A stretch of 64,000 bases of DNA from Pseudobutyrivibrio sp. (GTDB lineage: Bacteria; Bacillota; Clostridia; Oscillospirales; Oscillospiraceae). Below are positions 19,884 to 29,187 of the stretch, piece after piece; the stretch's first letter is position 1, and every line of letters begins with the position of its first letter. Position numbers and translations under genes: made by a program. Where the stretch lies: NCBI GenBank assembly GCA_963605115.1, contig CAVCTM010000003.1:1440-65439 (forward strand), written 5' to 3'. Below the pieces are notes generated by a model that made no database searches, was not told the DNA's origin, and worked only from the letters and a program-made list of their open reading frames with translations.

Positions 19884-21413
19884 ATGGGCGGCGGATATCT
19901 CGGCGTGGAGCTCGGCTCCACGCGCATCAAAGCCACGCTGCTCGACGAGGCGTGCGCACCGGTTTCCTCCGGCGGATCCGTGTGGAAAAGCCGGTTTGAA
20001 AACGGGAACTGGACCTACCCGCTCGACGAGGCATGGAGCGGTCTGCGCGCCGCGCTCGGTGCGCTGGAGGGCAGGGAAACGGTCCGCGCGATGGGCGTTT
20101 CCGGCATGATGCATGGCTACCTCGCCTTTGACCGGAACTGGAACCTGCTGACGCCGTTCCGGACATGGCAGAACACGAGCACGGGACCTGCCGCACGGAT
20201 GCTGACGGAGGCGCTCGGCGTCAATATCCCCCAGCGTTGGAGTGCGGCGCATCTCTATCAGGCGCTCCTGAACGGAGAGGAGCACGTTTTCCGCATTGCG
20301 CATCTTACCACGCTGGCAGGCTATGTCCACTTTAAGCTGACCGGTGTCAACGCGGTCGGCTTGGGGGAGGCGTCCGGCATGTTTCCCATCGACGGTGCGG
20401 CGATGGACTACGACGCGGCGCTCCTGGAAAGGTTCGATGCGCTCACGGAGGCATACGGTCTTCCGTGGAAGCTGCGCGAGCTGCTGCCGAAGCCGCTTCC
20501 GGCGGGGGCGGACGCAGGAGCACTGACGGCGGAGGGCAGCGCGCTCCTCGGCGGGCTGCTTCCGCCGGGGATCCCCCTTGCACCGCCGGAGGGGGACGCC
20601 GGGACCGGCATGACCGCGACGGATTCCCTCCTTCCGCGAACGGGAAACGTCTCCGCCGGGACCTCCATTTTCGCCATGGCGGTGCTGGAGCGCCCGCTGC
20701 GCGGGATCCACGGCGAGATCGACCTTGTTGCAACGCCGGAGGGTCTGCCGGCCGCAATGGTCCACTGCAACAACTGCACGCAGGACCTGAACGCATGGGC
20801 GGGACTCTTCTCTGAGGCGGCGGCGCTGTTTGGTGCGCTGCCGGAGACGGGAGAGCTTTTCAGCCGGCTCTATGAAAAAAGCCTTGAGGGAGATGCGGAC
20901 TGCGGCGGCGTGCTTCTCTGTGGCTATGTCTCCGGCGAGAGCGTGACCGGGCTGGATGCCGGACGGCCTATGGTCCTGCGCCGCCCGGACGCGCGGCTGA
21001 CGCTCGCCAATTTTCTGCGCGCCTCGCTCTATGCTTCAATCGCCGCGCTGAAGCTCGGCATGGATGTTCTCACCGCCGAAGGCGTGACGCTTGAGCTCCT
21101 GACGGCGCATGGCGGGCTGTTCAAAACGCCCGGCGTTGCCCAGCGCTATCTTGCCGCCGCCTGCGGTGTTCCGGTCGTCTGCCGCGCGAGCGCCGGCGAG
21201 GGCGGACCTTACGGTATGGCGCTGCTTGCCGCTTACCGCGCCGAACGCGCCGCGGGCGAGACGCTGACGGAGTTCCTGCACCGGCGAGCCTTTTCCGGCG
21301 AGACGCAGCGCACGGAGCTGCCGCGCGCGTCCGACGCCGCGGGCTTTGCGGTCTGGCTTGAGCAGCACTGCCGTCTGCTGGAGCTGGAGAGACGCGCAGC
21401 CCAGCTGCTCTGA
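19884..21413 (+). CDS. FGGY-family carbohydrate kinase (second kinase, possibly ribulokinase-like)
   Basis: GGYLGVELGSTRIKATL ATPase N-terminus with FGGY-like organisation. Starts 2 nt after the isomerase stop. Confidence 0.7.
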   Translation: MGGGYLGVELGSTRIKATLLDEACAPVSSGGSVWKSRFENGNWTYPLDEAWSGLRAALGALEGRETVRAMGVSGMMHGYLAFDRNWNLLTPFRTWQNTSTGPAARMLTEALGVNIPQRWSAAHLYQALLNGEEHVFRIAHLTTLAGYVHFKLTGVNAVGLGEASGMFPIDGAAMDYDAALLERFDALTEAYGLPWKLRELLPKPLPAGADAGALTAEGSALLGGLLPPGIPLAPPEGDAGTGMTATDSLLPRTGNVSAGTSIFAMAVLERPLRGIHGEIDLVATPEGLPAAMVHCNNCTQDLNAWAGLFSEAAALFGALPETGELFSRLYEKSLEGDADCGGVLLCGYVSGESVTGLDAGRPMVLRRPDARLTLANFLRASLYASIAALKLGMDVLTAEGVTLELLTAHGGLFKTPGVAQRYLAAACGVPVVCRASAGEGGPYGMALLAAYRAERAAGETLTEFLHRRAFSGETQRTELPRASDAAGFAVWLEQHCRLLELERRAAQLL

Positions 21414-21428
21414 GGAGGAGAGAAAACT

Positions 21429-22115
21429 ATGCTGGAGAAGCTGAAAGAGGAGGTCTGCCGCGCAAACCTTCTGCTGCCACGGTTCGGACTCGTGCGCTTC
21501 ACCTGGGGCAATGCTTCCGGGATCGACCGCGAGCGCGGTTTGGTCGTGATCAAGCCGAGCGGCGTGGAATATGAGCGGATGGAGCCGGAGGATATGGTCG
21601 TTGTCGATCTTGACGGAAGGACAGTCGAGGGACGCCTGCGTCCGAGTTCGGACACGCCTACCCACCTTGCGTTTTATATGACCTTTCCGGAGCTCGGCGG
21701 CATCGTCCATACGCACTCCCGCTGGGCGACGGCTTTCGCACAGGCGGGGCGGAGCATCCCTGCGCTCGGAACGACGCACGCCGACCATTTTCACGGCGAG
21801 GTCCCCTGCACCCGTGCGATGACACCGGAGGAGATCGCGGGGGAATATGAGCACGCCACCGGTCTCGTCATCGCGGAGACAGTCCGCGGCACGGCGACCG
21901 AGGTGCCTGCCGTTCTGGTGCGCAGCCATGGTCCGTTTACATGGGGCAGCAGCGCGGAGGAGGCTGCGGTGAATGCATCTGTACTGGAGGAGGTCGCATG
22001 CATGGCGTGGCGCACCCTCGCGATTAACCCAGCCGCCGCACCTATGCAGCGCGAGCTGCTGGACCGCCACTATCTGCGCAAGCACGGAAAAAATGCCTAT
22101 TACGGCCAGACTTGA
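21429..22115 (+). CDS. araD: L-ribulose-5-phosphate 4-epimerase
   Basis: [47 protein letters not shown], the class II aldolase/AraD pattern. 228 aa. Confidence 0.85.
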   Translation: MLEKLKEEVCRANLLLPRFGLVRFTWGNASGIDRERGLVVIKPSGVEYERMEPEDMVVVDLDGRTVEGRLRPSSDTPTHLAFYMTFPELGGIVHTHSRWATAFAQAGRSIPALGTTHADHFHGEVPCTRAMTPEEIAGEYEHATGLVIAETVRGTATEVPAVLVRSHGPFTWGSSAEEAAVNASVLEEVACMAWRTLAINPAAAPMQRELLDRHYLRKHGKNAYYGQT

Positions 22116-22130
22116 ACTATCGCGAGCTTT

Positions 22131-22166
22131 CCGCCGCTGCAATTTTCGCAGCGGCGGTTTTGTTTT
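22131..22166 (+). terminator. rho-independent terminator after araD (copy of the valS terminator module)
   Basis: Stem CCGCCGCTGCA/CGCAGCGGCGG followed by TTTTGTTTT. 42/44 nt identical to 181-224. Confidence 0.75.
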
Positions 22167-22231
22167 GACAAATTTTTCCGCATATTCCTGCTACCATCGG
22201 CATAGCGACTGCAAAAGGAGGCGATGAGCGC

Positions 22232-22564
22232 GTGAAGGTGTTTTCCGCGTATCAGAACGGGCGGCTCACGATCTATCTGACGGGGGAGCTGGACCACCAT
22301 GAGGTGAAAAAATCCATGAGCGTGATCGAAAATCTGCTGGATGAATATATGCCGCGGGAGTGCGTGCTGGATCTCGGCTCGCTGAGCTTTATGGACTCGT
22401 CCGGCATTGCGCTGATCTTGAAGCTGCACCGGCGGCTTTCGGAGACGGGCGGCGGCGCATGGGTGGAAAACGCGGCGTCGCAGCCAGCCAAGGTGCTCTG
22501 CGCCGCGGGGATCGGGCGGATCGTGAAGATCGGCATCGCAAAGGAGGCACAGGAGGCGAGATGA
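22232..22564 (+). CDS. spoIIAA: anti-sigma-F factor antagonist (STAS domain)
   Basis: GTG start. LDLGSLSFMDSSGIALIL STAS motif with a phosphorylatable Ser. First gene of the spoIIA-type operon. Confidence 0.85.
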   Translation: MKVFSAYQNGRLTIYLTGELDHHEVKKSMSVIENLLDEYMPRECVLDLGSLSFMDSSGIALILKLHRRLSETGGGAWVENAASQPAKVLCAAGIGRIVKIGIAKEAQEAR

Positions 22565-22998
22565 AAAGCAGCAACTACATAAAGCTGGAATTTCCCGGAA
22601 AAAGCGCGAACGAGGGGCTCGCGCGCAGCGCTGTGGCGGCGTTTGCCGCCCAGCTGGACCCGACGATCGACGAGCTCGGCGACATCAAGACCGCCGTCAG
22701 CGAGGCGGTGACGAACGCGATCGTCCATGCTTATCCGAATCAGATCGGCACCGTATGGCTGCGCGTGCGGCTGCTTGGGGAGGAGTATCTGGAGATTACG
22801 GTGAAGGACAAGGGCCGCGGGATCGAGGACGTCGAGCGCGCCCGCCAGCCGCTCTTCACCACCGGCGGCGAGGACCGGAGCGGCATGGGCTTTACCATTA
22901 TGGAGAGCTTCATGGACAAAATGCGCGTCAAAAGCGCGCCGGGCAAGGGCACGACCGTGACGCTGCTGCGCCGCATCCGAAGGAAGCGCGAGGCGTGA
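22561..22998 (+). CDS. spoIIAB: anti-sigma F factor (serine kinase)
   Basis: MKSSNYIKLEFPGKS..AVSEAVTNAIVHAY..DKGRGIEDV..ERSGMGF, a GHKL kinase. ATGA overlap with spoIIAA. Confidence 0.9.
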   Translation: MKSSNYIKLEFPGKSANEGLARSAVAAFAAQLDPTIDELGDIKTAVSEAVTNAIVHAYPNQIGTVWLRVRLLGEEYLEITVKDKGRGIEDVERARQPLFTTGGEDRSGMGFTIMESFMDKMRVKSAPGKGTTVTLLRRIRRKREA

Positions 22999-23720
22999 CG
23001 GAGCGGCTGGACACCCCGGCGCTCATCGCGGCGTCCCAAGCCGGGGACGGCGAGGCGACGGCGCGGCTCGTGGAGGAGAACAGCGGGCTTATCTGGTCCG
23101 TGGCGCGGCGCTTTTTCGGGCGCGGCGCGGAGCCGGACGACCTCTACCAGCTCGGCTGCGTCGGCTTCCTGAAGGCGGTCGCCGGTTTCGATACGGCGTT
23201 CGGCACCCAGTTCTCCACCTATGCCGTGCCGAAGATCTCCGGCGAGATCCGCCGCTTTCTGCGCGACGACGGACCGGTGAAGGTCAGCCGCGGGCTGAAG
23301 GAGCAGGCACAGCGCATCCGCGCGGCGCGCTCTGCGCTGGAGCAGCGCCTCGGCAGGGAGCCTTATCTCAGCGAGATCGCGGCGGAGACCGGCATTTCGC
23401 CGGAGGATATCGCCGCCGCGGAGACTGCCGCCGGACCGACGGAATCGCTCCAGCGCGAGAGCGAGGACGGCTTCACGCTCGAACATGTCCTCGGCGATTA
23501 CGGCGCGGAGGAGCGGCTCATCGAGCGCTTTGCGCTCTCCGAGGCGATCGACGCTCTCGGCGAGCGGGAGCGGAAGCTCATCTCCCTGCGCTTTTTCCAC
23601 GGTCTCACGCAGGACAAAACCGCCCGCATCCTCGGCGTGTCGCAGGTGCAGGTCTCGCGTCTGGAGCGAAAGACGCTGGCGTTCCTGCGCGAAAAGCTCG
23701 GAGCGGGGGAGAACGGATAA
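22995..23720 (+). CDS. sigF: sporulation sigma factor F
   Basis: GTG overlaps the spoIIAB stop. Close match by eye to B. subtilis SigF (FSTYAVPKISGEIRRFLRDDGPVKVSR, GVSQVQVSRLERK). Confidence 0.9.
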   Translation: MTERLDTPALIAASQAGDGEATARLVEENSGLIWSVARRFFGRGAEPDDLYQLGCVGFLKAVAGFDTAFGTQFSTYAVPKISGEIRRFLRDDGPVKVSRGLKEQAQRIRAARSALEQRLGREPYLSEIAAETGISPEDIAAAETAAGPTESLQRESEDGFTLEHVLGDYGAEERLIERFALSEAIDALGERERKLISLRFFHGLTQDKTARILGVSQVQVSRLERKTLAFLREKLGAGENG

Positions 23721-23762
23721 AGCGGGGATCTCACCGATAAGGCGGAGCCCCCGCTTTCGTTT
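23719..23762 (+). terminator. probable terminator after sigF
   Basis: AAAGCGGGG ... CCCCGCTTT stem followed by CGTTT. Confidence 0.5.
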
Positions 23763-23765
23763 GCC

Positions 23766-23794
23766 TTGCCTTTCGCGGAAAAATAGAGTATAAT
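23766..23794 (+). promoter_or_regulatory. sigma-A-type promoter for pcrA
   Basis: TTGCCT, 17-nt spacer, TATAAT. Confidence 0.55.
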
Positions 23795-23825
23795 GTCCCG
23801 GAAATCAAATTTTTTGGGAGACGCT

Positions 23826-26207
23826 ATGGACAGCCAATTCAGAGAGAGATTTATCGCGGCGCGGCGCGCGCTCATCGTGTCGGAGTTCGCGTTTTTGAAC
23901 CCGGAGCAGCGGAAGGCGGTCATGACCGTCGAGGGACCGCTCCTGCTGCTCGCCGGCGCGGGCAGCGGAAAGACGACGGTGCTCATCAACCGCATCGCGA
24001 ACCTTGTGCGCTACGGAACGGCATCGGAGAGCGATTTCGTGCCGGAGAGCGCGACGGAGGCGGACATCGCCGTGATGGAGGCGGGGCCCTCCGCCGAAGC
24101 GCAGCGCATCGCCGCCGTCGACCCCGTGGAGCCGTGGCGCATCCTCGCCATCACGTTCACGAACAAGGCAGCCGGGGAGCTCAAGGAGCGCCTTTCACGG
24201 ACGCTTGGTCCCGCGGCGGAGGATATCTGGGCGCAGACCTTCCACAGCGCCTGCGTCCGCATCCTGCGGCGCGACGCGGAGCGCCTCGGCTATTCCCGCT
24301 CCTTCACGATCTATGACACGGCGGACACCCAGTCCGTCGCAAAAAAGATCCTCCGCGAGATGGACCTCGACGAGAAGATGTTCCCTTACCGCTATGTTCT
24401 CTCCGTCATCAGCAAGGCGAAGGACGAGATGCTGACACCTGCGCAGCTGCTCGAACAGGCAAACAAGAGCTACGATGTCCGCAAAAGGCGCGTCGCGGAG
24501 GTGTATCAGGAGTATGAAAAGCGCCTGCGCGAGGCGGACGCGATGGATTTCGACGACCTCATCCTGAACACCGTGCGGCTGCTGCTGGAGCATGAGGACG
24601 TCCGCGCATTTTACCAGAAAAAGTTCCGCTATGTCCTCGTGGACGAGTATCAGGACACGAACCATCTGCAATATCTGCTCGCGAGCACGCTGGCGGGCGG
24701 CTATGAGAACCTCTGCGTCGTCGGCGACGATGACCAGAGCATCTATAAGTTCCGCGGCGCGACGATCCGCAACATCCTTGATTTTGAAAATGACTACAAA
24801 AACGCGCGGGTCATCAAGCTTGAACAGAATTACCGCTCCACCGCCCATATTCTGGAGGCGGCAAACGGCGTGATCCGCAACAACTCCGAGCGCCGCGCCA
24901 AAAAGCTCTGGACCGCGCAGGACGGCGGCGAGAAGCCCGTGCTCCACGTTTCTCCGAACGAGGACGAGGAGGCGCAGTTCGTTGCCGACAAAATTCTGGA
25001 GGATTTCTCCCGCGGCGAGCGCTGGAGCGACCACGCGGTGCTCTACCGCATGAACGCACAGTCGAACAAGCTGGAGTACGCCTTCAAGCGCCGCGGCATC
25101 CCTTACCGGATGTACGGCGGACTGAAGTTCTTTGACCGTGCCGAGGTCAAGGACGTGCTCGCTTACTTGAACGTCATCGCGAACCCGGCGGATGATCTGC
25201 GCTTAGCGCGCATCATCAACGTTCCCGCCCGCGGCATCGGCGTGACGACGGTGGAAAAGCTCGGTGAGATCGCCGCGCGCGAGGGGCGGAGCGCCTTCGC
25301 CGTCGCGGAGCACGCAGACGAATACCCGGAGCTCCAGCGCGCCGCCGCCAAGCTTCGGCTGTTCGCGGCGCTCATCGCGGAGCTGCGCGCCAGAAGCGCG
25401 GAGGTGCCGCTCGACGAGCTCTATGACGAGCTGATGGAGCGCACGGGCTATATCCGTGCGCTTCAGGAGAAGGACATCCCCGAAAACGAGGCGAAGATCG
25501 AGAACGTCAAGGAGCTGAAATCCAACATCCTGAGCTTTATCAAGGAGACCGGCGACGCCTCGCTCCACGGCTTCCTCGACGAGGTCGCGCTCTATACGGA
25601 CCTCGACACGCTCGGCGCGGATGCCGACTGCGTTGTGATGATGACGATCCACTCGGCGAAGGGGCTGGAATTTCCGGTCGTGTTCCTCGTCGGCGCGGAG
25701 GAGGGGATCTTCCCTGGCATCCGCGCCATCGGAGAACCGGAGGAGATGGAGGAGGAGCGGCGGCTCTGCTATGTTGCGATCACGCGCGCGCAGCGGCGGC
25801 TTTATATCACCTGCGCCCAGCAGCGTATGCTTTTCGGCAGAACGAGCAACAACCGCGTCTCCCGCTTCGTGGAGGAGATCCCGCCGGAGCACCTCGACCG
25901 CGGCTATGTCCCGCGCGGCTATGGCTACAGCGACGCGCCCCGCGGCTTTGAAGGCTCCATCGGGCAAAAGCCGCGCCACACGCCGAGCCCCATCCGCCCG
26001 GTCATTACGCCCGCGAGCGCCAAGGCAGCGCCGCCCGCCTTCGCCCTCGGCGACCGCGTGGAGCACAAGAGCTTCGGACCCGGCAGGATCGTCGCCATGA
26101 CCGCGATGGGCGGCGACCATCTCGTCGAGATCGAATTCGAGCGCGAGGGCGTCGGCAGAAAGCGCCTGATGCTGAAGGCGGCATCCAAACTGATGAACAA
26201 GTTATAA
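23826..26207 (+). CDS. pcrA: ATP-dependent DNA helicase PcrA/UvrD
   Basis: AGAGSGKTTVL Walker A, VDEYQDTN, QNYRS and IHSAKGLEFP motifs. GGGAGA RBS before ATG 23826. Confidence 0.9.
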   Translation: MDSQFRERFIAARRALIVSEFAFLNPEQRKAVMTVEGPLLLLAGAGSGKTTVLINRIANLVRYGTASESDFVPESATEADIAVMEAGPSAEAQRIAAVDPVEPWRILAITFTNKAAGELKERLSRTLGPAAEDIWAQTFHSACVRILRRDAERLGYSRSFTIYDTADTQSVAKKILREMDLDEKMFPYRYVLSVISKAKDEMLTPAQLLEQANKSYDVRKRRVAEVYQEYEKRLREADAMDFDDLILNTVRLLLEHEDVRAFYQKKFRYVLVDEYQDTNHLQYLLASTLAGGYENLCVVGDDDQSIYKFRGATIRNILDFENDYKNARVIKLEQNYRSTAHILEAANGVIRNNSERRAKKLWTAQDGGEKPVLHVSPNEDEEAQFVADKILEDFSRGERWSDHAVLYRMNAQSNKLEYAFKRRGIPYRMYGGLKFFDRAEVKDVLAYLNVIANPADDLRLARIINVPARGIGVTTVEKLGEIAAREGRSAFAVAEHADEYPELQRAAAKLRLFAALIAELRARSAEVPLDELYDELMERTGYIRALQEKDIPENEAKIENVKELKSNILSFIKETGDASLHGFLDEVALYTDLDTLGADADCVVMMTIHSAKGLEFPVVFLVGAEEGIFPGIRAIGEPEEMEEERRLCYVAITRAQRRLYITCAQQRMLFGRTSNNRVSRFVEEIPPEHLDRGYVPRGYGYSDAPRGFEGSIGQKPRHTPSPIRPVITPASAKAAPPAFALGDRVEHKSFGPGRIVAMTAMGGDHLVEIEFEREGVGRKRLMLKAASKLMNKL

Positions 26208-26213
26208 AAATAA

Positions 26214-26258
26214 GGAGAGATCCTGCCGGGGAACCGGCAGGGTCTCTCCATCGTTTTC
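26214..26258 (+). terminator. rho-independent terminator after pcrA
   Basis: 16-bp stem GGAGAGATCCTGCCGG/CCGGCAGGGTCTCTCC (one mismatch) followed by ATCGTTTTC. Confidence 0.7.
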
Positions 26259-26276
26259 AAAAAAAGCCTCGCTTAA

Positions 26277-26446
26277 GTTCGCTGCCGCAGCAGCGAATAG
26301 AGTTCAATCATTTTTCGGCGCGACACGTGCGTGCCGAAAAATACTCTGCGCGGAGGGAACGTGCTCGCCGCAAGGCGAGTGCGCTGAGCGGAGCGTTCCC
26401 CTTCAACCGAGAGCCCAGCGTAAGCGGGTCTTGGTTGATTTTTTTT
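26277..26446 (+). other. multi-hairpin structured intergenic element ending in a + strand terminator (candidate sRNA, 3' UTR or REP-like element)
   Basis: Four consecutive hairpins: 26278-26297, 26312-26340, 26355-26400 (inner GCAA tetraloop) and 26405-26436, followed by a T8 run. Confidence 0.3.
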
Positions 26447-26918
26447 AGCAATTCAGCAGCCAGACGGCGAAGTTGAGGTAGGCGGCAAAAATGAGCCAGA
26501 CGGTATAGGGAATTTGCAGCTTGCCCGCGCCGGGGGCGCATTTTTCAAAGCTCACGAGCATCAGTATCACGAGGAAAATGAGGAAAATGAGCCAGAAAAA
26601 GCTCAGCAGCAGCGCGCCGAAGCGGAAGAAAAACACCGTCCAGAGAAAATTCACCACGAGCTGTGTGCAGTAAAGAAACAGCGCGTCGGTCCGGTCCGGC
26701 GACCCGCTCAGAAAAACGCGCGCGGCGGAAACGCCCATCAGGAGAAAGAGGATCCCCCAGACGACAGGAAATAACCACGACGGCGGCGAGAGCGGCGGGC
26801 GGATGAGCGTCGGGTCCTCCATCCGTCCTGCGTTCACGAGCGCGGACGCCCCGCCGACCGCGAGCGCGAGCGCGATCCAGAGGATATAGGTCAAAGCCTT
26901 TTTCGTTTTTGCGTTCAA
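26445..26918 (-). CDS. tspO: TspO/MBR tryptophan-rich sensory protein
   Basis: 157 aa, five TM segments, PPLSPPSWLFPVVWGILFLLMG and Trp-rich motifs. Confidence 0.8.
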   Translation of the reverse strand: MNAKTKKALTYILWIALALAVGGASALVNAGRMEDPTLIRPPLSPPSWLFPVVWGILFLLMGVSAARVFLSGSPDRTDALFLYCTQLVVNFLWTVFFFRFGALLLSFFWLIFLIFLVILMLVSFEKCAPGAGKLQIPYTVWLIFAAYLNFAVWLLNC

Positions 26919-26972
26919 AATTTCATCACCCGTCCAAAGTCTATGCAGTTTTTGGGACAGGTATTCTTTTTC

Positions 26973-27866
26973 TCAGCTCCGCAGCGTGCAGCCGAGCCTT
27001 TGCAGCTCCGCAAGCAGCCGACCGCGGTTTGCTTCGCTCATCGGAACGAGCGGGAGGCGAAGATCGCCGGAGCAGAGCCCAAGCGCATCCATCGCCGCCT
27101 TGACCGGAATGGGATTTGTCTCGACAAACAGGAGACGGAAAAGCTCCGAGAGCTTCGCCGCACGCTCCCGTGCCGCGGCAAAGTCTCCGCGCAGGCAGAG
27201 CTCACAGAGCCCGGCGATTTCCGCGGGCAGGAGGTTCGACGCCACGGAGATGACTCCGTGTGCGCCGAGCGCCATCATCGCCACGGTGTGGTCGTCGTTG
27301 CCGCTCCAGAGATTGAGCTCCCCGGCACACTCGGCGGCGACGCGCGCGATGAGCGAAAAATCTCCGCTCGCCTCCTTGACGCCGTTGATGTTTTCATGGC
27401 GGGCGAGCGCGCGGTAAGTCTCCGCCGTGAAGCCGAGCGCCGTCCGGCTCGGCACATTGTAGAGAACGACCGGCGCGTCGGAGGCGTCGGCAACGGCGGC
27501 GCAGTGGGCGACGATGCCCGCCTGCGTCGTCTTATTGTAATACGGCGGCGTCAGCAGCACGGCGTCTGCGCCGTGGAGCGCGGCGAAGCGGGCTTTTTTC
27601 ACGCAGGCGGCAGTGTTGTTGCCGCCGACGCCGGCGATGACCTTCATCCTGCCTGCCGTGTGCTGAACGCAGAGATCCACGAGCTGCTCGTACTCGTGGA
27701 TCTCTAACGTGGCGTTTTCTCCCGTCGTTCCGGCGACCGTGATCGCGGCAATGCCGTTTTCGGCTTGGAAGTCGAGGAGCTTTTTCATCTGTTCAAAGTC
27801 GATCCCATCTTTCGTAAACGGCGTCACAATGGCTGTGGATGCGCCGCGGAATATGGGCTGCTTCAA
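26973..27866 (-). CDS. dapA: 4-hydroxy-tetrahydrodipicolinate synthase
   Basis: FRGASTAIVTPF..VAGTTGE..YNVPSRT motifs. 297 aa. Confidence 0.9.
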   Translation of the reverse strand: MKQPIFRGASTAIVTPFTKDGIDFEQMKKLLDFQAENGIAAITVAGTTGENATLEIHEYEQLVDLCVQHTAGRMKVIAGVGGNNTAACVKKARFAALHGADAVLLTPPYYNKTTQAGIVAHCAAVADASDAPVVLYNVPSRTALGFTAETYRALARHENINGVKEASGDFSLIARVAAECAGELNLWSGNDDHTVAMMALGAHGVISVASNLLPAEIAGLCELCLRGDFAAARERAAKLSELFRLLFVETNPIPVKAAMDALGLCSGDLRLPLVPMSEANRGRLLAELQRLGCTLRS

Positions 27867-27903
27867 AATAACAAACGCCTCCTATTTGATTTTTCGGGGA
27901 TGA

Positions 27904-28992
27904 TTATCTGCGCTCGATATATCCCTTCGCGCAGAGCAGCTCGGCGAGCTCCACGCCGCCGCCCGCCGCGCCGCGCAGGGTGTTGTGGCTCAGGCAGACG
28001 AACTTGTAGTCATACTGTGTATCCTCACGCAGACGGCCGACGGAGATCGCCATGCCGCCTTCGAGCATGCGGTCGAGCTTTGTCTGTGGGCGGTTATCCT
28101 CGTCGAAGTAGTGCAGGAACTGCTTCGGCGCGCTGGGCAGCATAAGCTCCTGCGGCTCACCGCGGAAGGCGCGCCATGCCTCCAGAATTTCCTCTTTGGA
28201 GGGCTTTTTCTCAAAGCGCACGAACACGCAGGCAAGGTGACCGTTGCTGACCGGAACGCGGATGCACTGCGCCGTAATGGAGGGGGACGCCGCAGCGCCG
28301 ATCGCGCCGTTTTCCAGCGTGCCCCAGACCTTCAGCGGCTCGCGCTCGCTCTTTTCCTCCTCGCCGCCGATATAGGGGATGACGTTATCGACCATCTCCG
28401 GCCACGTCTCAAAGGTTTTCCCCGCGCCGGAGATCGCCTGATAGGTGCAGACAAGGATGTCGGAAATACCGTATTTTTCCCGTAGGGGACTCAGCGCCGG
28501 AACGTAGCTCTGGATGGAGCAGTTGCTCTTGACCGCGATGAAGCCACGGGTCGTGCCGAGGCGCTTTTTCTGCTCCTCGATAACGGCGAGATGCTCCGGG
28601 TTGACCTCCGGAATGACCATCGGAACATCCGGCGTCCAGCGGTTGGCACTGTTGTTGGAGACGACGGGGCACTCCAGCTTTGCATACGCCTCCTCCAGCG
28701 CGAGCACGGCATCCTTCGGCATATCGACCGCGCAGAACACAAAGTCCACCTGCGCGGCGATCGCCGTCTTGTCCGCGTCCGCGTCCATCACGACGAGGTC
28801 CTTATATTTCTCCGGAAACGGCGTTTCGATCGCCCAGCGGCTCCGCGCCGCCTCCTCATACGTCTTGCCGGCGCTCTTTGCGCTTGCCGCAATGACCTTC
28901 AGCTCAAACCACGGGTGGTTTTCCACCAGCGAGATAAAGCGCTGACCGACCATGCCGGTGCCGCCGATGATGCCTACCTTGTATTTTTCCAT
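27904..28992 (-). CDS. asd: aspartate-semialdehyde dehydrogenase
   Basis: MEKYKVGIIGGTGMVGQRF Rossmann N-terminus and SNCSIQ active-site Cys. The 785-aa track ORF is an upstream read-through; ATG at 28992. Confidence 0.88.
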   Translation of the reverse strand: MEKYKVGIIGGTGMVGQRFISLVENHPWFELKVIAASAKSAGKTYEEAARSRWAIETPFPEKYKDLVVMDADADKTAIAAQVDFVFCAVDMPKDAVLALEEAYAKLECPVVSNNSANRWTPDVPMVIPEVNPEHLAVIEEQKKRLGTTRGFIAVKSNCSIQSYVPALSPLREKYGISDILVCTYQAISGAGKTFETWPEMVDNVIPYIGGEEEKSEREPLKVWGTLENGAIGAAASPSITAQCIRVPVSNGHLACVFVRFEKKPSKEEILEAWRAFRGEPQELMLPSAPKQFLHYFDEDNRPQTKLDRMLEGGMAISVGRLREDTQYDYKFVCLSHNTLRGAAGGGVELAELLCAKGYIERR

Positions 28993-29079
28993 GCTGTGTA
29001 TCTTCCTTTCTGACCGGTGTTTCCTGACCGTTCTTACTTTATGCGCCGCCATGGAAAAACAGAACTTCCGACAAAGCTC

Positions 29080-29108
29080 TTGATTTGGCGACGGAATTCT
29101 ACTATAAT
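29080..29108 (+). promoter_or_regulatory. sigma-A-type promoter toward the SpoIID-like gene
   Basis: TTGATT, 17-nt spacer, TATAAT. Confidence 0.45.
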
Positions 29109-29148
29109 AAAATATCACGCGGCGTATTTTGCCGCTTTGGTGCTTTAC

Positions 29149-29177
29149 AGTATAACATTCCTGAGAAAGAGCGTCAA
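29149..29177 (-). promoter_or_regulatory. sigma-A-type promoter toward asd-dapA
   Basis: On the minus strand: TTGACG, 17-nt spacer, TATACT. Face-to-face with the + strand promoter. Confidence 0.45.
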
Positions 29178-29187
29178 CGGTGTTTTT

